This document shows, piece by piece, positions 54,943-64,000 of a DNA stretch of 64,000 bases. Both the position numbers and the translations under genes were made by a program. How positions within the stretch are numbered: position 1 is the stretch's first letter; each line of letters starts with the position of its first letter. Source of the stretch: an uncultured Planctomycetota bacterium (GTDB lineage Bacteria; Planctomycetota; Planctomycetia; Isosphaerales; Isosphaeraceae); the NCBI GenBank assembly GCA_963845755.1, contig CAWJTV010000029.1, forward strand, positions 1-64,000. Direction: 5' to 3'. Under the pieces are notes generated by a model, which saw only the letters and a program-made list of their open reading frames with translations, had not been told where the DNA came from and did no database searches.

Positions 54943-56594
54943 ATGACGAACTTGACTCCCGAGCAACGGGCCCTGGGCCGAGAGAATGCCGATCGGGCGC
55001 TGGGCGGTCTCCGCCGCCGCGACCTGCTCAAGGCGGTGGCGGCCACGCCCGCTCTGGGCGCCTTCTATTTCGGCTACAAGGATATGGGGAACAAGGACGC
55101 GGTCAGGGCCGCGATCATCGGCACGGGCGATGAAGGTTGCCAGGCGATGATCCGTTCCCACAACCGCGCCTACCTCAACTTCATCGGGTTCTGCGACATT
55201 CGGCCTTCGCAGCGGGAGCGCACCGTCAAGGAGTTCACGAACCACAAGGACTATACTCCTGCCGACGTCAAGAAGCTCAAGCAGTACGCCACCAAGGAGG
55301 AGATGTACGACGATCCGGACGTCGAGGTGGTCGTCATCGCGCTGCCCTTGTGGCTGCACGCACCGGTAGCGATCGAGGCCATGAAGAAGGGAAAGCATGT
55401 CTTCACCGAGAAGCTGATGGGCCACACCGTTGCCGAGTGCAAGGAGATGTGTAAGGTCGCCCGAAAGGAGAACCGGCTGCTGGCCGTGGGCCATCAGCGG
55501 CATTACTCGGCGCTGTACGACAACGCCAACTACCTGGTTCAGAACGATGTCCTGGGCGAGATCCGCCACATCCGCGCCCTCTGGCATCGCAACAACGCCA
55601 TGCCGCTGGTCGCCAAGGACAAGGACGGCATTCCGATCATCGACCCCAAGACGGGGTTGCCCGAGGTCGTCCTCGACAAGAAGGGCGCATCGTCTACCGG
55701 GATAGCTGGAAACGGCCCCATCCCGGCCTGATGGAGGAGATCGAGTTCGCCAAGTACGGTTCCACCTTCGATCGGCAAAACAGCCCCGATTTTATTGCGC
55801 GCCAGTATCTCGACAACCTCAAGGACAAGGATGTCGACTACAAGAAGTACGGCTACGACAGCCTCGACCAGATGATCAACTGGCGGCTCTATGACAAGAC
55901 GGGTGCCGGCCTGATGGCCGAGTTGGGCAGCCATCAGCTCGACGCCTGCTCGATCTTCCTGGGCAAGAAGCATCCGCTGGCGGTCACCGGCATCGGCGGG
56001 ACGTTCTTCTACAAGGATGGCCGCCAGGTCGACGACCACGTCTTCACGGTTTTCGAGTTCCCCGGCAAGAAGGAGGACGACCGGATCATCGTCACGTATT
56101 CCTCGATCAACACGAACTCGTTTGACGGATACGGCGAGATGGTGATGGGATCGGACGGGACGATGATCGTCAGCCAGGAGAAGGAGATCCTGCTGTACAA
56201 GGAGGCGGGCAACCCGCTCACCTCGCGGACGACCAGCGTGTCGATGGAGACCCACGGGAACAAGCCGACTCTGGAGACCAGCCCCAGCACGGCCGGCCCG
56301 ACGCAGGCCGCGTCGCTCGGAGGCCTGGCCACGGCCGAGCCCTCGCGCGGCTACCGCGAGGAGCTCGAGCACTTCGCGTATTGCGTCCGCCACGGCAACG
56401 CGTCGAACTACCATGCCGACACCGAGCATCAACCGCGCTGTCGCGGCGAGGTCGCCCTGGCCGACGCCGTGATCGCGCTGACGAGCAATATCGCCATGCG
56501 CCAGAAGCGCCGGATCGACTTCGATCCGCGGTGGTTCGACTACGAAAAGCCCGAGGTGCCCGACGGGAATGCGGCCATCGTCAAGCGGGTCTGA
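54943..56594 (+). CDS. Gfo/Idh/MocA oxidoreductase with Tat-like signal; frameshift near 55690
   Basis: AGGAG RBS, RRDLLK, IIGTG.EG, GKHVFTEK, GHQR, NWRLY...G.GLMAELGSHQLD. Confidence 0.9.
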
Positions 56595-56711
56595 CAGGGT
56601 GTACGAGAAGCCTCTTGTACGGTGGGTCGAACGATCGGAAGGTCGTGAGGCCCGCCGAAAGAAGCCTCATGCGGTGGATCGCACTCGATGAATCGGGGCG
56701 CAGGCAGACCC

Positions 56712-56744
56712 TTGACGAACCTGGTGAGTGAGTATAAACTCACC
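56712..56744 (+). promoter_or_regulatory. tetR promoter with overlapping palindromic operator
   Basis: TTGACG-N17-TAAACT; GGTGAGT-N8-ACTCACC palindrome at 56723-56744. Confidence 0.7.
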
Positions 56745-56771
56745 GCGAATGACACCCAGGAAACTGCTCTC

Positions 56772-57464
56772 ATGAAATCGGGCTCGAAGCTTTCCAGCGA
56801 GGATCGCCGACAGGCGATTATTCGCGCGGTCCGGAGGGTCTTCTCGGAGAAGGGGTTTCATGGGACGACAACCCGGGAGCTGGCCGAGGCGGCGGGCGTC
56901 TCGGAGGCCCTGTTGTTCAAGCACTTCCCCAACAAGGAAGAACTGTACTCGGCGATGCAGCGCTTCTGCGGTGCCGAGCAAGACCCGGAGAAACTGGAAC
57001 GAATCAAGGCCCTGGTGCCCTCGACCTCGACTCTCGCCCTGATCGTGCACCTGATGGTGTCCAAGACCATCGGAGGGGTCTGCAATGCGGATGACGACGC
57101 GCTGATCCAGGATCGGCTGATGCTGCGCAGCCTCATGGAAGACGGAGAATTCGCCCGGATCTTCTTCCAGCGGAGTCTCTCCTGCTGGATGACCAAGGTG
57201 GAAGAATGCCTGGAAGTTTCGGCCGCCAAAGGCGAGGCGATCCATCAACCGGTCCATCCCAGGCTCGGTGCCATCTTCGCCAGGCACCTGGCACGGACGA
57301 TCATGCTGTCGCTCATCCCGCCGACGCCCGTTGTCAACTACGAAGTGCCGCGCGATCAGCTCATCGAGCAGGCCGTCTGGTTCTCGCTCCGCGGCATGGG
57401 CGTCAAGGATGAAGCGATCCGGATGCATTACAACCCGAAGGCCCTCTTGCTCCTCGTAAACTGA
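56772..57464 (+). CDS. TetR/AcrR-family transcriptional regulator
   Basis: F.EKGFHGTTTRELAEAAGVSEALLFKHFPNKEELY. Confidence 0.95.
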   Translation: MKSGSKLSSEDRRQAIIRAVRRVFSEKGFHGTTTRELAEAAGVSEALLFKHFPNKEELYSAMQRFCGAEQDPEKLERIKALVPSTSTLALIVHLMVSKTIGGVCNADDDALIQDRLMLRSLMEDGEFARIFFQRSLSCWMTKVEECLEVSAAKGEAIHQPVHPRLGAIFARHLARTIMLSLIPPTPVVNYEVPRDQLIEQAVWFSLRGMGVKDEAIRMHYNPKALLLLVN

Positions 57465-57723
57465 CCGCAGCGGGTTCTTCTCATACGGGCCCGCCAGGAC
57501 GAATTCGATGGTAAGTAAGCACAAACTCACACTGCGAGAATCCGGCGTGCGAGTCCTTGATGAGGTCCCTGCTGACGAGATCCGAAAAAACCTCGGCCCG
57601 GGGTCTTTTCCATGTCGTATATTCTTCGAGTGAAGGCAGGAATCGCGGATCGTTTTCCCGCGAATGGTCATCTTCAGTGACAGCCCGGGAAGACTCAGAG
57701 GATTTACCCAAGGAGGAACTGAC

Positions 57724-57915
57724 ATGCTCGTCCTCAGCCGCAAACTGGGTGAGCGTATTGTGGTGCCGAACTGCGAGTTGTCGATCACCGTGGTCGCCAT
57801 CGAGGGCAATACCATCCGGCTGGGAATCACGGCCCCTCCCGAGATCGGCGTCTACCGCGAGGAGTTGTGGCAGCGTGTCTGCGCGGAGAAGGAGCAACGC
57901 GCCCCGCTCCGTTAG
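57724..57915 (+). CDS. csrA: Carbon storage regulator CsrA family protein
   Basis: MLVLSRK.GERI...I.VV.I.G..IRLGI.AP.EI.VYREE; AGGAGG RBS. Confidence 0.93.
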   Translation: MLVLSRKLGERIVVPNCELSITVVAIEGNTIRLGITAPPEIGVYREELWQRVCAEKEQRAPLR

Positions 57916-58480
57916 TCAGACCGCCTGATGATTGGATTCCGTACGCTTGCACCAGCACCGGGACCGGGTCGGCGAAGTCGGGTGTTCCGTGAGCACCACG
58001 CAGGGCCGGCGACCAGGATCGGTGCTCCCGAAGTACCCTGCTGGCTCCTTCGTTCATCACAAGCCACACGTGGCCCCGCCTGACCGCCATTCCAGCAGAC
58101 CAGGTCTGCCCAGACCGGCGAACCGCGACAACATCAGATTCCAGCGGCACCGAGCGTCAACGCGCAGCTCGAGTGCCGCGGGAACACCTCAAGGCCGGAT
58201 AAATGGACTTTCTTTGACGATTGTGCGGGAGAGTCCCCTTGATTCCGATCCGATCCGCTGTAGAAAGTGGATGAGATCCGCGAATCTGATGATCTGATCG
58301 TTGGCCCGGCCCTTCCTTCCGACTTCTTGCGAAGCGGTCTTCGGGTCTCGGGGGTTCTTCGGCAGGGACGCCGTTCACGCAGGCTGAGTCTCACTCGCCC
58401 GGTAGGGGAGCGAGCGCGCCGCGACGGGCGCGGTCCGTGAGGTCTCATCCGCGAGGCATTCTCGTCCGAGGAGCTGCTCG

Positions 58481-61400
58481 ATGGTTCGCCAATGGCTGGG
58501 CGGGTGGAATAAGAGCGCGTCGTCGTTGTCGAACCGCTTGCAACCCCCGACAAGGCCCGATCGGCGCCGCGACGGCAGCCGCCGTCGGGCCTGGCTGCCC
58601 GAGAGCCTGGAAGGCCGGGTCCTCCTCTCGGGGAATCCCACCGTCTATACGGTCGATTTGACCAGCACCAACGGCACGGGAACGGGAACCACCGGCGACC
58701 TGGTCTACGTCCTCGGCCAGGCCAATGCCAACACCAACACGGCTGGCAGCCTCATCGAGTTCGACCTCTCCGTCTTCTCTTCGTCGAAAACGATCACTTT
58801 GACAGGACCGCTGACGCTTTCGGAGACAGCCGGTCCCGAGGTGATCGACGGTCCCGGCGCAAACCTGGTGAACCTAAACGGAGGTGGCTCGACCCAGGTT
58901 TTCTCCGTCAATTCGAGCGTGACGGCCACGATCTCGGCGCTCACGATCTCGGCTGGTTCGGCGAGCACCTCCGGTGGCGGGATCCTTAACAATGGCACTC
59001 TGACGATCTCCGACTCCACGATCGCCAGCAACTCGGCTGCCGTCTCGGGAGGCGGCATCGACAACGCCGGCAGTCTCTCGATCACGGGCAGCACGGTCGC
59101 CGGCAATGCCGTCACCAACCAGTATGGCACCGGTGGCGGCATCGAAAACACCGGTACGCTGTCGATCTCGAACAGTACGATTGCGGCGAATGCGGTCTCC
59201 GGCCAGTATGGGGTCGGCGGAGGCATCGACGACGAGGGGACGTTGACGACCATCAACGCCACCGTCACCGCGAACGGGGTTTCGCCCGGAGGTTCGGGCG
59301 GCGGGCTCAACCTCGGCAAGGGCTCGGCCACGCTCGATAACACGATCGTCGCCCTCAACGCGGCCGGCAGCCAGGCCAGTGACATCGCGCTGGGCAGCCT
59401 CGGGGTCTCGATCGCCAGTTCGAGTACCCACAACCTCATCGGCACCGGCGGTGCGGGCGGGTTGACCAATGGGACCAATGGCAACCTGGTCGGCGTCACC
59501 AACCCGGGGCTCGCCTCGTCGCTGGCGAATAACGGCGGGCCGACCTTGACCATCGCCCTGTTGCAGGGCAGCCCGGCCATCGACGGCGGAAGCACCAGCA
59601 TCCCGGGCGTCACTGTGCCGGTCATCGACCAGCGCGGCGTATTGCGCGGACCGGCGGGCCTGCATGGCGGCCCCACCGTGGATATCGGTGCCTACGAGGC
59701 CAGCTCCTCCTATCTGGTCACCACCGCGACCGACTCGACCGACGCCGGCACGCTCCGCGCGGCCATCGGCTGGGCCAATCTCAACAGCAACGCCAACCCC
59801 ACCAACCTCGAGAACCCCGCGGCCAACACCATCTTTTTCAATACGGGGGGCACCTTCGCCACCGATCAGACCATCACACTCGCCGCGGGATTGGGGACTC
59901 TGGCGCTCACGAATGCGGGCACGGCTGAGTCGATCGATGGCCCCGGTGCGGCGATCGTGACGGTCAGCGGGGGCAACGCGGTCGGCGTCTTCTCGGTCGC
60001 CAGCGGCGTGACCGCGACTCTTTCAGGGCTGACCGTCTCCGATGGCGCAACCAACACCAACGGGGCCGGTGTCCTCAACTCGGGCAACTTGACGATCCAG
60101 GATTCCATCCTCTCGGGCAACTCGGCGTCCAGCCTCGGGGGCGGCATTGCGAATCTGGGGACGCTGACCCTCACCGACTCCACCCTGACCGGTAATACGG
60201 CCGAGCTCGGTGGCGGCCTGGAGAACGACAAGGGGACCGTGACCATCAACGGGTCTGCCATCGTGCAGGACTCCGGCTTGAACAATGGCGGCGGCATCGA
60301 GAATGACGGCGGTATGACGACCGTCAACAATAGCGAGATCGAGGACAATTCCGCCGCCAATGACGGTGCCGGAATCAACAATGCCACCGGCACGATGACG
60401 TTCACGGGCTCGACCATCGCAAACAACTCCGCGGCCGACGGCGGCGGCGTTGCGAATGCAGCCACGCTGACGATCACCAACAGTACGCTCGCCCAAAACC
60501 TCGCCACGACCGCGGGAGGCGCTATCGACAACTCGGCCACTCTGACGGCGGTCAACGACACCATCGCCGACAATAATGTCGGAGCCTCCGGCAGCGGGGC
60601 CGGCCTGGATGCCTCGGGTGGGACAGCTACGCTGTACAACACGATCGTCGCGCTCAACACAGCCGGCAGCGGCGGCACCGCCACGGCCAGCGATATCGCC
60701 CTCAGCGGCAGCGGCGGCGTCTCGTCCTCCAGCTCCAATAACCTGATCGGCACCGGCGGCACCGGCGGCCTGTCCGGCGGGACCAATGGCAACCAGGTCA
60801 ATGTCGTCAACACGGGCCTGGGCACGCTGGCCAACAACGGCGGGCCGACCCTGACCATCGCGCTGCTGGCGGGCAGCCCGGCCGTCGATGACGGGAGCTC
60901 GAGCATCCCGGGGGTGACGATTCCCAGCACCGATCAACGGGGCGCCTTCGCGGACCGGCCGGGGGGAGTTTCAACGTCGACATCGGCGCCTATGAGTCCA
61001 GCTCCTTCTACCTGGTGACCAGCACGGCCGACTCGCTGGATGTCGGCACCCTGCGGACCGCGGTGGAGTGGGCGAACATCAGCACCAACGCCAATCCGGA
61101 AGTGAGCAGTCCGCCGAACGGCGGCATTTTCAACCCGAATACGATCGAGTTCGACACCACGGGGGTCTTCGCCACGGCTCAGACCATCACGCTTTCTGCC
61201 AGCTTGGGCCCCCTGGTTCTGAGTGGCACCTCGGTGACCGAGATCGTTGGTGGTGGTCCTCCGTTGCCGGCCCCCGTCACGATCAGCGGAGGCGGCTCGA
61301 CGCAGGTCTTCTCGATCGCGAGCGGGGTCTCTGCGTCAATCGGCGGTCTGACGATCGCAGGCGGCTTGGCCGGATCGGGAGGCGGCATCGACAACGCGGG

Positions 61401-63297
61401 CAACTTGATACTCGGCTCGTGCACCGTCACCGCCAACACGGCCACCAATTATGGCGGCGGCATTGATAATTCCGGCACGATGTCGGTCTATGACAGCAAT
61501 ATCACCGGCAACTCGGCCGTGGTCGCCAACGGCGGCGGCGTCGAGAACTCGGGCACGATGGTGATCCAGAATTCGACAATCGCCGGCAATTCGGTGCTCA
61601 ACAAGAACCCGAACGGGGTCGGCAATGGCGGCGGCATCGAGAACGAAGGCACGATGACGATCAGCTTCAGCACGGTCACGGGGAATTCGGCCAACGGCGG
61701 CGACGGCGGTGGGATTGAGAACCAGTCCGGCTCGCTGACGTTCATGGGCGGTACGATCGCCAACAACAACGCGGGCAACGGCGGCGGCATCGACAACTTT
61801 TCCGGCGAACTGACCCTCACCAACAGCACGATCGCGGGAAACACCGCCACCGGCGCCGGCGCCGGCATCGACATGGAGAATGGGCAAAATGGAACGCTGA
61901 CCGCGTTGAGCAGCACCATCGCCGCTAACACCGCCTCCATTTCCGGCGGTGGGCTGTTCGCCGCTGGCGGCACGAGCGCCCTCTACGATACCATCGTCGC
62001 GTTGAACACCGCGAGCGGTTCGGCGGCCAGCAACATCGCACTCAGCGGCGGGAGCGTCTCAGCCACCAGCGCGTACAACTTGATCGGCACGGGCGGCTCG
62101 GGGGGATTGACGAACGGGACCAACGGCAACATCGTGGGCGTGGCTAATCCGGGGCTCGGCGCGCTGGCACTCAATGGCGGGGCGACTCAAACGATGGCCG
62201 TCCTTCCCGGGAGCCCGGCGCTGGGTAACGGGAGCAGTACCATCACGGGTGTCACGTTCCCGGTCCCGTTCTCGGATCAGCGCGGAATCAGCCGGCCCAG
62301 CGGCAATGTCGACATTGGCGCGTTCCAGGACCGCGGCTTTACGCTCACCATGATCGCGGGAGGCAGTCCTCAATCGGCGGCGGCGAACACGGCGTTCGCG
62401 AGTCCGCTGGCCGTCGAGGTAACAAGTCCCTCGGGCGATCCAGTCCAGGGAGGGATTGTCTACTTTACTCCGCCGTCCAGCGGCGCCACGGCCAGTTTGA
62501 GCGCCACCACCGCGACCATCGGAGCCAATGGCGGCGCCGAGGTGACGGCGATGGCCGGCAGCACCGGCGGCACCTATTCGGTGACGGCTTCGATCCTCGG
62601 CACGACGAGCCCGGTCGCATTTTCTCTGACGAATCACGCCTCGGGCACGACCGGCTCCACGGCCATCATCAGCGGGGTCGGCGTGATCTGGGGCACCCAG
62701 ACCGCGGCGCTGGTGCTCCCGGCCGCTGCCGGCGGGCTCTTGCTGCCGGCGGGCCGAGCGACCGATCTCCCCTGGTTGGGCATCCAGGTCTTCCAGATCA
62801 CGCTCAGCCAGTCCGAAACCCTGACCACTTCGGACTTCACCTTCACCAGCGCCAGGGGCATCAGGTACAGGGCGGCCGGCCTCTCCGGGTCCGGAACGAA
62901 CTATACGATCTTCCTGTCGCGGCCCATCAAGACATCCGACCGGGTCACGATCAAAATCGCTGGCACAGGATTGACCACCTTCACCGGCCGGCTCAACGTC
63001 CTCCCGGGCGACTTCAATGACGACGGCGTGGTCAATAAACGGGATGTCCTCGACGTCCGCGCCAAAGCCCGGGGGCTCGGCCCGGCATCGTCGATTTTCG
63101 CCGACATCAATGGCAATGGCGTCGTCAACAACACGGACGTCAAACTCGTGCGGCAACGGGTGGGTAGCAAGCTGCCCCGCCAGACGGCGACCACTCGCGT
63201 GAGGGTCCTGGAGGCAAGACCCCGGATCGCTCTGGCCCACATGGTCCTGGCTCGTCACGGGGACTTGCCGCTCCGGAATCGCTTGCCTCGCGGCTGA
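58481..63297 (+). CDS. Large secreted beta-helix repeat protein (LEPR-XLL-like leader, three choice-of-anchor-Q-like modules, Ig-like domain, dockerin-like C-terminus); frameshift near 60945
   Basis: ESLEGRVLLS; GGGI.N.G repeats; NGG.T.T.ALL.GSPA.D.G...DQRG...DIGA three times; GDFNDDGVVN..D and ADINGNGVVN..D. Confidence 0.88.
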
Positions 63298-63401
63298 TCT
63301 GTCGCGCGACCGAGGAGTCGGCGCACGATTGCGGCCGGTCGAATCCTGGCCTACACTCGCTGATCACTCATGAGAATCATGGTCATCAACGAGTCAGCCC
63401 G

Positions 63402-64000
63402 ATGGAAGAAACGCAGGCACCCGCCTCACTCGGATATCGCATGCCCGCGGAATGGGAGCCGCACGCGGCGACCTGGATCGCCTGGCCGCACAACCGCGAT
63501 GACTGGCCCGGCAAATTCGGGCCGATCCCCTGGGTTTACACCGAGATCGTCCGCCTGCTGAGCCGAGCCGAGCCGGTCCACATCGTGGTCCGCGACGGTG
63601 CCATGAAGCGCCGGGTGTCCGACCGGCTCGACGCCGCCGGTGTCGACCCCGGACGCGTCTGGTTCTTCAGAGCGGCGACCGACCGGGCCTGGCTCCGCGA
63701 CTCGGGACCGACCTTCGTCGTCAAGGACGACGCATCGGCCGAGGCGAACGCGCGCGTCGGCCTCATCAACTGGAAGTTCAACGCCTGGGCCAAGTACGAC
63801 AACTACCACGCCGACCGCCGCCTCCCGCGCAAGTTTTCCAAGTGGCTGGGGCTCCGGCGCTGGGTGCCGCGGGTCAATCGGGGAGATCATCGAAGCCGCG
63901 TGGTGATGGAAGGTGGCGCGATCGACGTCAACGGCCGTGGGACGCTGTTGACGACCGAAGAATGCCTCCTCGGCGAAGTCCAGGCCCGCAACCCCGGCCT
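63402..64000 (+). CDS. Agmatine deiminase family protein, truncated by the window end (not in the ORF track)
   Basis: Translated by hand: YRMPAEWEPH.ATW.AWP, WLRDSGP, W.FNAW, V.EGG.IDVNG.GTLLTTEECLL. Confidence 0.93.
   Translation, partial: MEETQAPASLGYRMPAEWEPHAATWIAWPHNRDDWPGKFGPIPWVYTEIVRLLSRAEPVHIVVRDGAMKRRVSDRLDAAGVDPGRVWFFRAATDRAWLRDSGPTFVVKDDASAEANARVGLINWKFNAWAKYDNYHADRRLPRKFSKWLGLRRWVPRVNRGDHRSRVVMEGGAIDVNGRGTLLTTEECLLGEVQARNPG

Noticed and set aside
57916..58480. CsrB/RsmZ-like sRNA downstream of csrA
   Set aside because: GGA motifs are scattered, not clearly enriched or placed in repeated hairpin loops

Overview
High-GC bacterial DNA with strong Planctomycetota hallmarks (TIGR03067-like protein, LEPR-XLL-type secreted protein, planctomycete-style Ser/Thr kinases; family Isosphaeraceae is a guess). 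Single-base indels break many genes, including essential ones (glyQS, nuoB/C/D), so this is probably an unpolished long-read assembly and most frameshifts are likely artefacts. 1-10.9 kb is an accessory region next to the 3' end of a tRNA-Ala(GGC). It holds an operon of ECF sigma factor, anti-sigma/kinase/extracellular-domain protein and secreted TPR-CHAT protease. The protease gene is split by an ISKra4-like and an ISAs1-family element, and both transposase genes break at a hairpin + T5C5 site matching a known transcriptional slippage signal. 11-23 kb is housekeeping and metabolism (FMN reductase, GH32, hybrid histidine kinase, glyQS, comB). 23.4-36.6 kb is a rearranged complex I cluster (probable NuoBCD fusion, I, A, H, J, K, N; no E/F/G/L/M in the window), interrupted by a kinase and a coupled unknown/HEPN gene pair. 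36.7-46 kb is housekeeping (ABC permease, RsmG-SpoU fusion, moaB, UDG, split transketolase). 46-51 kb holds padR plus three tandem membrane-anchored paralogues with conserved ends and variable middles. 51-64 kb holds apbE-doxX-oxidoreductase, tetR, csrA, a large beta-helix surface protein and a partial agmatine deiminase. No CRISPR array, rRNA or integrase was seen. All family assignments come from motif recognition by eye, not from database searches.
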